Shown: one piece after another, positions 13,862-21,851 of the stretch
Position numbering within the stretch: position 1 is the first letter of the stretch
Layout of the letters: the number at the start of each line of letters is the position of its first letter
IMG/VR virus record: IMGVR_UViG_3300033463_000535
Direction: 5' to 3' (one strand)
Length of the DNA stretch: 35,022 bases
Source: a virus
Position numbers and translations under genes: made by a program
Notes under the pieces: model-generated
Seen by the model: the letters and a program-made list of their open reading frames with translations, nothing else
Told to the model about the DNA's origin: nothing
Database searches by the model: none

Positions 13862-14905
13862 ATGAAAGTAGCCATAGACAAGAATTGTATAAAAAAAATA
13901 AAAGACTTTAAAGAATTTGAATATATATATATCTATGATGATGAAACCATACAAGAATTATTTAAAACAAATTTACATTGTATAAATAAAAGGGCAGCAA
14001 AAGATATTGATGTTGATATAAATTTGACAAATTATGAAATTAGTAGTATAAAAAAAGCAGATATAAATGATGAGAATTGGAAACAGCTGCCAAAAACAAA
14101 AGAAAATACATTTGTTATAATAGTACCGAATTATAATAATGATCATGGAGATTACAACGGAAAAACATTTTTAAGAAATTGTTTAGATAGCATATTAAAT
14201 CAAACATATAGGAATTTTTATTTAATATTTGTAGATGATTTAAGCACAGACACATCTGTAGAAACGATTAAAAGTTACAAAGATGAAAGAATACACTTAA
14301 TAAAAAATAAAAGGAAAAGATATAATGGAGGAAGTAGAAATGTCGGAATTGAGTATGCAATAGACAACTTGGATTTTGATTATTTCTGCTTTTTAGATAG
14401 TGATGATTGGTGGAAAGATAACACAATATTAGATTTTATAAATAAAAGAATATATAACAATGAAATGATGACATTGGGTTGTGAAGGAATAGGAGTACCA
14501 TATAGGCATTACAACGATGTTGAATGTTACGAAGATTTATATGCATTAAATAACAAGTTATGGTGTACAGCATGGAGTAAGGTAATAAGGAAAGATAAAA
14601 TAGTTTACTTTGAAGAAAGTACCTTGATGGAGGATAGAGTATGGACATATAAATTAGCGGACAATCTTGATTTTGATAAAGTAGTAAATTCAAACAAATT
14701 ATGTTATTGTTGGAACAGAACTAACATAGATAATAGTGTAAGCCTTGTGAGAAGTGAATTTTGGGATGCTTGTGCTTGGTGTCATATAGGACATCAATTG
14801 CAGCTAATAACACAAATGAAGCACAAGGAAATGATACCAAAAATACAAGAAAGAATAAATCAATGTATAGATAAGATAAATAGAGGAATATACCAACAAT
14901 ATTAA
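13862..14905 (+). CDS. Family-2 glycosyltransferase (GT-A) with an ~85-aa N-terminal extension
   Basis: FVIIVPNYNN..LRNCLDSILNQTYRNFYLIFVDDLSTDTS..GGSRNVGIEYA..FCFLDSDDWW has the GT2 motifs, including DxD. Confidence 0.85.
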   Translation: MKVAIDKNCIKKIKDFKEFEYIYIYDDETIQELFKTNLHCINKRAAKDIDVDINLTNYEISSIKKADINDENWKQLPKTKENTFVIIVPNYNNDHGDYNGKTFLRNCLDSILNQTYRNFYLIFVDDLSTDTSVETIKSYKDERIHLIKNKRKRYNGGSRNVGIEYAIDNLDFDYFCFLDSDDWWKDNTILDFINKRIYNNEMMTLGCEGIGVPYRHYNDVECYEDLYALNNKLWCTAWSKVIRKDKIVYFEESTLMEDRVWTYKLADNLDFDKVVNSNKLCYCWNRTNIDNSVSLVRSEFWDACAWCHIGHQLQLITQMKHKEMIPKIQERINQCIDKINRGIYQQY

Positions 14906-14914
14906 GGAGTAAGT

Positions 14915-15616
14915 ATGAAATATATAGTAATGTGTGGCGGAAGGTATCCAGAATTTAGCGAGCCAAAACAATTGATAAAAGTAAATGGTGAAGTATTAGT
15001 AGAACGCACAGTAAGATTATTAAAAGAAAACGGAATAGATGATATAGCAATATGTACTAATTGCAATAAGTTTGATTACATAGGAGTTCCAATATTGATG
15101 CAAGACAACGATTATATAGCAGATAGCGAACAAGAAAAAATAAACTCAAAAGCCTGTTGGCTAAATGCTTATTATCCGATGGAAGAGCCTTGTTGTTATT
15201 TACATGGAGACGTATATTTTTCACCAGAAGCAATTAAAACGATTATAGACACAGAAGTTAAAGATACAATGTTCTTTTGTACATTCGATTGGACAGATGG
15301 AGTTAAAGACAGAAGGAATTACAAAGGACGTGAGCCATTTGCATATAAAGTAGTAAATCAAAAGTTATTTAGACAAGGCATAAATGATTTAATGAAAATG
15401 GTAGATGAGGGAAAATTTAAAAATGGACTGCCACCTATATGTTGGCAGTTATACAGATACTTAAATGGATTAGAGATAGATTATAACACAAAAGATTGGA
15501 CACAAATTAACAATATATTTCAAACTAAAGGAGATTATGTAGTTATTAATGATTACACAACAGATGTAGATCACCCAGAAGATGCAAAAATTATGGAGGA
15601 ATGGTTAAAGAAATGA
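14915..15616 (+). CDS. Sugar-phosphate nucleotidyltransferase-like protein
   Basis: MKYIVMCGGRYPEFSEPKQLIKVNGEVLVERTVRLLKENGIDDIAI matches the N-terminal GxG..PK(Q)L..v.G signature of NTP_transferase folds. Confidence 0.6.
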   Translation: MKYIVMCGGRYPEFSEPKQLIKVNGEVLVERTVRLLKENGIDDIAICTNCNKFDYIGVPILMQDNDYIADSEQEKINSKACWLNAYYPMEEPCCYLHGDVYFSPEAIKTIIDTEVKDTMFFCTFDWTDGVKDRRNYKGREPFAYKVVNQKLFRQGINDLMKMVDEGKFKNGLPPICWQLYRYLNGLEIDYNTKDWTQINNIFQTKGDYVVINDYTTDVDHPEDAKIMEEWLKK

Positions 15617-16656
15617 TAATAGCAATGTGTGCAACAAGGAACTGGTATTTTTATACCGCAGTCGCCTTATATTCGATTTTAAGCCATAATAAAGTACAAA
15701 AGGTCTATTTATTTATTGAAGATGACAAAATCCCTTATATTCAAGATAAACGTGTTAAATTTATAAACATAAACAAAATTCCAAAGTATGTTAAAGAAAC
15801 AAGTCTTAATTACAATACACATTATACAAGAATGAGTTATACAAGATGTTTTTTTAGTAAGGTATTGAAAGAAGACAAAATAATATATCTTGATGTAGAT
15901 GCATTAGTAGTAGATAATATACAAGATTTATGGAACATGGATTTAGAAGGAAATTACATTGCAGGAGCACATGAAGGTGGAGAATGGGATAAACACTTGC
16001 AATTACAAGGATTTGATGATACATACATAAATAGCGGAGTGTTGGTAATTGATTTAAAAAAAACAAGAAAACACAAATTAGATGACAAAATGATAGAACT
16101 GTTAAATACAAAAAAATATTTATTTCCAGACCAAGATGTAATAAACATAGTATATAAGGGAAAAATAAAACATATTAGCAATATATATAATTCTGCAGAA
16201 ACAACAGGAATAGTAGATAATGCAAAAATAATACATTACATAAAAGAACACAAAGGGTGGATAAAAGAAAGTCCACGAAGTGAAATATGGTTACATAATT
16301 ATAAATTATACATAAAAAATTTATTTAAAGGAGGAAAAAAGATGTTTAGAGGAACAGTAGTAAAAAGGTTTACATTAGGAAGCAACCCTGAATACAAATT
16401 TGAAGATTTGAAAATTATTTCAAGAAAAGACAGAAATGTAGAAGGGGAACTATTTGTAGGAGATGTAATAGAAGGTAGCAACAAAATGTGTGAATATTTA
16501 CAAGGTGGAAATCCTACAAAAGAAGCATATTTAGATGATGAAACATTAGAGACTTTTCCTGATGAAAAGGAAATTGAAAAAGAAGAAAAGACTAAAAAGA
16601 TAGAAAAGAAAGTAACAAAAAAGACAACAACTAGAAGAAAAACAACAAAAAAATAA
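15601..16656 (+). CDS. Family-8 glycosyltransferase fused in frame to a ~105-aa small phage protein module (internal SD plus ATG at 16342)
   Basis: IIYLDVDALVVDNIQDLWNMDL..YINSGVLVIDLKK..LFPDQDVINIV are GT8 motifs. The start may be 15613 (ATGA overlap). The tail module reads MFRGTVVKRFTLGSNPEYKFEDLK..GELFVGDVIEGSNKMCEYLQGGNP plus a K/T-rich end. Confidence 0.8.
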   Translation: MVKEMIIAMCATRNWYFYTAVALYSILSHNKVQKVYLFIEDDKIPYIQDKRVKFININKIPKYVKETSLNYNTHYTRMSYTRCFFSKVLKEDKIIYLDVDALVVDNIQDLWNMDLEGNYIAGAHEGGEWDKHLQLQGFDDTYINSGVLVIDLKKTRKHKLDDKMIELLNTKKYLFPDQDVINIVYKGKIKHISNIYNSAETTGIVDNAKIIHYIKEHKGWIKESPRSEIWLHNYKLYIKNLFKGGKKMFRGTVVKRFTLGSNPEYKFEDLKIISRKDRNVEGELFVGDVIEGSNKMCEYLQGGNPTKEAYLDDETLETFPDEKEIEKEEKTKKIEKKVTKKTTTRRKTTKK

Positions 16657-16665
16657 GAGGTAAAA

Positions 16666-17199
16666 ATGGATAAATTAAAAATAGAGTATGTAGATATTAA
16701 TAGTATAAAACCATATAAAAATAATGCAAAATTACACCCTGAAGAACAAATAGAACAAATTAAAAATAGTATAGAGCAATTTGGCATGGATGATCCTATA
16801 GGGATTTGGAAAGATGAAATAGTAGAAGGACATGGAAGATTGATAGCTTGTAAAGAATTAGGCTATACAGAAGTGCCAATAATAAGACTTGACCACTTAT
16901 CAGACGAAGAAAGAAAAGCATATACATTAGCACACAATAAACTAACAATGAACTCAGATTTTGATATAGATATATTAAATAGTGAACTGGATGAAATATT
17001 AGATATAGACATGTCAGACTTTGGTTTTGAAAATATAGATATAGATTGGGATACAGTAGAAGATTTAACTACTACAAATTATGACAAACCTGAACATAAT
17101 ATGTTAGAATGTCCACAATGTCATCATATAGACAGAGATATACATTTTAAAAAAGTAAAAGATGTTGATATCGACGAAGAAGAATTGAGTGATGAGTAA
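16666..17199 (+). CDS. ParB N-terminal (ParB/Srx) domain protein, possible DpdB-like partner
   Basis: INSIKPYKNNAKLHPEEQIEQIKNSIEQFGMDDPIGIW..IVEGHGRLIACKELGYTEVPIIRLDHLSDEERKAYTLAHNK. The C-terminus has CPQCHH. Confidence 0.8.
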   Translation: MDKLKIEYVDINSIKPYKNNAKLHPEEQIEQIKNSIEQFGMDDPIGIWKDEIVEGHGRLIACKELGYTEVPIIRLDHLSDEERKAYTLAHNKLTMNSDFDIDILNSELDEILDIDMSDFGFENIDIDWDTVEDLTTTNYDKPEHNMLECPQCHHIDRDIHFKKVKDVDIDEEELSDE

Positions 17200-17969
17200 T
17201 GAAAGTGTTTTTAAGTGCATTAGAAAATGCTCAAGCAAGTGGAAAAAATGCTAAATCAGTTGCTCAATTATTAATAGAAAAAAATATAAAAATGAATTTT
17301 AATTTAATGAGTTTTTATTATATTAAAGGAAAAATAGATTTAGCAAGAATGATAAGAGATAACAGTAAAGAAATATTAATAGATAGTGGAGCACATTCTT
17401 TTCAAAAAGGTAAGAAAGTAGATTGGGACAAATATACAGAACAATATGCAGAATTCATAAAAAAATTTGATAAACCTAATGTAATAGGATATTTTGAAAT
17501 GGATGTCGACAACATAATTGGTTATGAGAAAGTACGAGAATTAAGAGAGAAGCTAGAAAAAGTATCAGACAAGATAATACCAGTGTGGCATAAAAATAGA
17601 GGCATAGAAGAATATAAAAAAATGTGTAAAGATTATGAAAGGAAAATAATAGCAATAACAGGATTTAAAAATGAAGATATAAAAGATGAACAATATTTAA
17701 TGTTTTTAAAGTATGCAAAAAAATATAGATGTAAGGTACATTGTTTAGGAATGACAAGAAGAAAAGTTTTAGACAAAGTACCTTTTGATTATGTTGATAG
17801 TAGTTCTTGGGTTCAATCAACCGTATATGGAAGAATAGATGGAAAAGGTAAAGTAACAAAGGAAATGAGTAGAAATAATAGAGAGGTGGTGTTTATAGAA
17901 AATTATAAAACAGGTATGAAAATACAAGAACACTATTATAAAAAATGGAAAAAAATATGTAATGATTAA
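17199..17969 (+). CDS. dpdA: DpdA-like DNA (7-deazaguanine) transglycosylase, TGT-fold
   Basis: LIDSGAHSFQ (cf. TGT DSGGFQ), IAITGF, VHCLGMT (cf. LMGVG) and PFDYVDSSSW (cf. DMFDCV) appear in TGT order. The neighbours are a preQ1-type riboswitch and YhhQ. Confidence 0.6.
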   Translation: MKVFLSALENAQASGKNAKSVAQLLIEKNIKMNFNLMSFYYIKGKIDLARMIRDNSKEILIDSGAHSFQKGKKVDWDKYTEQYAEFIKKFDKPNVIGYFEMDVDNIIGYEKVRELREKLEKVSDKIIPVWHKNRGIEEYKKMCKDYERKIIAITGFKNEDIKDEQYLMFLKYAKKYRCKVHCLGMTRRKVLDKVPFDYVDSSSWVQSTVYGRIDGKGKVTKEMSRNNREVVFIENYKTGMKIQEHYYKKWKKICND

Positions 17970-17970
17970 A

Positions 17971-18014
17971 ATAGTAGTAGTTAGCCAAAACCTACTATAA
18001 AAAAATTAAGGAGG
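17971..18014 (+). promoter_or_regulatory. preQ1-I-like riboswitch overlapping the yhhQ SD
   Basis: P1 ATAGTAG (17971-17977) / CTACTAT (17992-17998), loop tagttagccaaaac, A-rich tail AAAAAAATTAAGGAGG. Compare the B. subtilis queC aptamer AGAGGUUCUAGCUACACCCUCUAUAAAAAACUAAGG. Confidence 0.6.
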
Positions 18015-18022
18015 AATTTTAA

Positions 18023-18700
18023 ATGAATAATATTTTATTAATAGTATCAATTATAGGGATATTTAGCATAATGCTAATAATTAAAAAGTTTTTAGGTAAA
18101 GAAGGAATAATAGGTTGGATGGGTATAGCAAGTATATTAGCTAATTTATTATTAATTAAAAGTATAGATATATTAGGAATAAGTGCAACATTAGGTAATG
18201 TATTATTTGCAAGTAATTTTTTAGCAACAGATATATTAACAGAAAATTATGGATACAAAGAAGCAAAGAAGGGTGTTAGATTTGGAATATTAGCAGTAAT
18301 AGTATTTATGATAGTAACGCAAGTAGCATTGTTATATATTCCAAATAGTGAAGATATAGCACAAAGTAGTTTTGAAACATTATTTAGTTTTGTACCAAGA
18401 ATATCAATAGCAAGTGTAGCAATGTTTGCTTTATCTAATTTAGTTGATATAAGATTATATGAATGGTTAAGAAAGAAAAGTAACGGAAAGAAAATGTGGT
18501 TAAGAAATAATATCTGTACAATAATATGTAATGGAGGAGAAAATTTTTTATTTTACTTAATAGCATTTTTAGGAGTAATGGATATAGGAACAATATTAAC
18601 AATAGCATTAAGTGCAACAATAATAGAAGTATTAATTGCTTTATGTGACACACCGTTTTTATATATTAGTAAAAAAGTAGAAGATAAAATATATAAGTAA
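18023..18700 (+). CDS. yhhQ: YhhQ/COG1738-family queuosine-precursor (preQ0/preQ1) transporter
   Basis: Multi-TM. FLATDILTENYGYKEAKKGVRFG and LVDIRLYEWLRKK..MWLRNNICT..NFLFYLIAF match the E. coli YhhQ motifs (ATDL..G; D..vF..LR..WWLa..ST..D..FF.IAF). Confidence 0.85.
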   Translation: MNNILLIVSIIGIFSIMLIIKKFLGKEGIIGWMGIASILANLLLIKSIDILGISATLGNVLFASNFLATDILTENYGYKEAKKGVRFGILAVIVFMIVTQVALLYIPNSEDIAQSSFETLFSFVPRISIASVAMFALSNLVDIRLYEWLRKKSNGKKMWLRNNICTIICNGGENFLFYLIAFLGVMDIGTILTIALSATIIEVLIALCDTPFLYISKKVEDKIYK

Positions 18701-18712
18701 AGGAGTGATTAA

Positions 18713-19045
18713 ATGGCAGGTAGACCAAAAAAAGAAATAGATTATATATCAGTTGAAAAGTTAGCTAATATACAATGTACACAAGAAGAAATTGCTAACT
18801 TTTTAGGTTTGTCTGTTAGAACATTACAAAGAGATGAAGAATTTTGTCGCATATATAAAAAAGCTCAAGACAATGGCAAAATGAGTTTAAGAAGAATGCA
18901 ATTTAAATTAGCTGATAAAAATCCTACAATGGCAATATGGTTAGGTAAGCAATACTTAGGTCAGAAAGACAATGTTGAATTAAATGCATCAGTACAAAGA
19001 GTACAAATAATAGATAACACTGATGAGGTTGTTGATGAGAATTGA
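18713..19045 (+). CDS. terS: Terminase small subunit
   Basis: MAGRPKKEIDY..QCTQEEIANFLGLSVRTLQR HTH and NPTMAIWLGKQYLGQKD; immediately upstream of terL. Confidence 0.75.
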   Translation: MAGRPKKEIDYISVEKLANIQCTQEEIANFLGLSVRTLQRDEEFCRIYKKAQDNGKMSLRRMQFKLADKNPTMAIWLGKQYLGQKDNVELNASVQRVQIIDNTDEVVDEN

Positions 19046-20399
19046 AATTAAAGATATAATAGCACCGCATTTTTGGAACACATTTAAATCAAAAAAGACT
19101 AATCAAATATATGAAGGTGGAAGGAATAGCACAAAGACATCAATGATAGCAATAAAGACAGTATTTAATTGTTTAGCAAATGACAATTGTTCTGCGGTAG
19201 CATTAAGAAGTCATAAAACAGAATTAAGGAATAGTGTATTTAAAGAAATAAAAAGGGCTTGTAAAAGATTAGGATTAATAGAAAACATTGACTATAAGGC
19301 CACAGTATCTCCAATGGAAATTAAATTTAATAATGACAATACAATATACTTTGCAGGTGGAGATGATTACGAAGCGGTAAAAGGTATGATTGATGAAAAC
19401 AAGCTAATAAAGATAGTTTGGTTTGAAGAGTTGACAGGATTTAAAGATGAGGATACAATAGACCAGATAAAAGCAACATTTACAAGAGGAAATAATGACT
19501 GGTTTATGGCAATGTATAGTTATAATCCACCTAAGAACAAATATGATTGGGTAAATCAATGGAAACAAAGTAAAATAGGAGATAAGGATTATTTAATATC
19601 ACATACAGATTATAGAAGTGTACCAGAAGAATGGATAGGATTAAAAGCTATTGAAGAAGCTGAAAAGTTAAAGAAGAATGATGAAAAAAGATACAATTGG
19701 ATATGGCTAGGAGAAATAATAGGGCTTGAAGGACTTATATATAATCCTGACTTATTGCAATATGTAGATGAAAAATATTTACAAGACAACAAAGTAAAGA
19801 TATTATATTTAGATTTTTCAATAGATAGTGGCCATCAAACATCTGCAACAGCAGTAAATTGTTATGGATATGGAACAGATGGATATTGGTATTTGTTAGA
19901 TATATATTATTATAGCCCAAATGAAAAGCCAAACAAAAAAGCACCAAGTGAATTAAGTAAAGATATATTTAATTTTGAGTTATTAATGACAAAGAAATGG
20001 AGTGCAGTTACAGATAAAGAAACAATAGATAGTGCAGAAGGAGCATTAAGAAACCAATACTTCAAAGACTATGGTAGAAGATTACATCCTGTTGATAAGG
20101 GAGTAAATAAAGAGCAGTTGATAGAATATAGTCAAGACTTTTTAGCAAATAAGAAATTTAGGATAATAAGAAATAATAATACAAGTATATTTACAAAAGA
20201 ATTTATAAATTACAAGTGGTTACAAGGAAGCATAGAAAAAGGAAAGCCTATACCAGATAAAACAGAACAAGAATTTAAGGCTGAAAAATACTTTAATAGC
20301 TACACAAATGATTATGCTTATACATATTGTGATCATACAATAGATAGTTTTCAATATTGGATTAAAGATAATTTACAAAAATTAGGTTTAAAACAATAA
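19035..20399 (+). CDS. terL: Terminase large subunit (PBSX/Terminase_3-like)
   Basis: A Walker-A-like YEGGRNSTKTS motif, FEELTGF, and a C-terminal nuclease half. ATG at 19035 follows GAGG; the ORF also opens at 19023. Confidence 0.9.
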   Translation: MRIEIKDIIAPHFWNTFKSKKTNQIYEGGRNSTKTSMIAIKTVFNCLANDNCSAVALRSHKTELRNSVFKEIKRACKRLGLIENIDYKATVSPMEIKFNNDNTIYFAGGDDYEAVKGMIDENKLIKIVWFEELTGFKDEDTIDQIKATFTRGNNDWFMAMYSYNPPKNKYDWVNQWKQSKIGDKDYLISHTDYRSVPEEWIGLKAIEEAEKLKKNDEKRYNWIWLGEIIGLEGLIYNPDLLQYVDEKYLQDNKVKILYLDFSIDSGHQTSATAVNCYGYGTDGYWYLLDIYYYSPNEKPNKKAPSELSKDIFNFELLMTKKWSAVTDKETIDSAEGALRNQYFKDYGRRLHPVDKGVNKEQLIEYSQDFLANKKFRIIRNNNTSIFTKEFINYKWLQGSIEKGKPIPDKTEQEFKAEKYFNSYTNDYAYTYCDHTIDSFQYWIKDNLQKLGLKQ

Positions 20400-20411
20400 T
20401 GGGGGGTTAAA

Positions 20412-21848
20412 ATGGAGTTATATAATAATATTGCTAAGACATTAAGCAAAAAAGGAATTAGTTTAATTGTTGGAGATATTTATGAATATCAAGAGATGTG
20501 GAAAGAATTTTATGGCGGTAGTGTGTCGGACTTTCATTTTTATAATGCAGTAGTAAATGGACAGGAAGTACAAATGGAAAGACTAACAATGAATATGCCA
20601 AAGAAAATATGTGAAGATGTTTCAAAGTTATTATGGACAGAAAAAACAAGAATAGAATTGAGTAGTCAAAATGCTACAAAAAGATTATGGGAAGTATTAG
20701 ACAGTAAGGAAAATTCATTTACAGTTAACTTTCCAATATTCTTAGAAAAAGCATTAGCAATAGGAACAGGAGCATTAATAGAATATAAGAATAGTGATGG
20801 AAAAACAATAATAGACTATATTACAGGAGATTTAATAATTCCTTATAAGTACACTAATTCATATATAAACGGATTAATAACAATTAGTAGGTTTGTAGAT
20901 GATACAAAAAAGAAAACAGTTTATTATACACATATTACATACCATGAATATGAACATGGCATATACAGAAAATATAATGAACTTTATAAATCTACAAATG
21001 AATTACAGCTAGGAAAAGAAGAAGAATTTAATACAATGTTTCCAGATGTAGAACAATTAGAAGAAATAGAAACAAGTGTACCAAGATTTCAAGTATTTAA
21101 GCCGAATTTAGCAAACAACTTATATTTAGAAAGTCCTATGGGTATTTCAATATTAGCAAATAGTATAGATAGATTTAAGTCAATTGATATGAAATATGAC
21201 AGCTTTTATAGAGAATTTAAGTTAGGTAAGAAAAGAATATTGGTAGATCCAACAGCAATGAAAGAAACAATGAAGACAGAGGTAGATGGAACTGTAAGGC
21301 TTGTGCAATACTTTGACAGTAATGATGAAGCATTTATAGGGATAAATGGAATGGAAGGACAGCCAGTAAAAGAAGTTGATTTAAGCATAAGAGCACAAGA
21401 ACATATAGACAGTATTAATGCAGATTTGAATTGGCTAAGTTCTAACATAGGGCTTGGAAATAATTTTTATAAGTTTGATAATGCAGGATTAAGAACAGCA
21501 ACAGAGGTAATGAGTGAAAATGCAGATGCTTTTAGAACAAAAGTGCATTATGACATTATAGTAAATGATGTAATAGAAGATTTAGTAAAAGTAATATGCG
21601 AGATGGAAGGAATAAGCACAAAGAAAATAACAATAATTCCAGATGACAGCATAATAGAGGATAAGAATACAGAACAAATAAGAGCATTGCAAGAAGTAGG
21701 ACAGGGACTAATAAGCAAGAAAACATATTTAATGCAAGCAAAAGGAATGAGTGAACAAGAAGCAGAAGCAGAACTTGAAAATATACAAGCAGAAAAGATG
21801 AGTAACCAAGAAGCGTTTGGATTTAATACTGCAATAAGTGAGGAGTAA
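20412..21848 (+). CDS. Portal protein
   Basis: 478 aa, directly after terL, with an acidic C-terminus. Size and position are typical of SPP1-type portals. Confidence 0.8.
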   Translation: MELYNNIAKTLSKKGISLIVGDIYEYQEMWKEFYGGSVSDFHFYNAVVNGQEVQMERLTMNMPKKICEDVSKLLWTEKTRIELSSQNATKRLWEVLDSKENSFTVNFPIFLEKALAIGTGALIEYKNSDGKTIIDYITGDLIIPYKYTNSYINGLITISRFVDDTKKKTVYYTHITYHEYEHGIYRKYNELYKSTNELQLGKEEEFNTMFPDVEQLEEIETSVPRFQVFKPNLANNLYLESPMGISILANSIDRFKSIDMKYDSFYREFKLGKKRILVDPTAMKETMKTEVDGTVRLVQYFDSNDEAFIGINGMEGQPVKEVDLSIRAQEHIDSINADLNWLSSNIGLGNNFYKFDNAGLRTATEVMSENADAFRTKVHYDIIVNDVIEDLVKVICEMEGISTKKITIIPDDSIIEDKNTEQIRALQEVGQGLISKKTYLMQAKGMSEQEAEAELENIQAEKMSNQEAFGFNTAISEE

Positions 21849-21851
21849 TAT

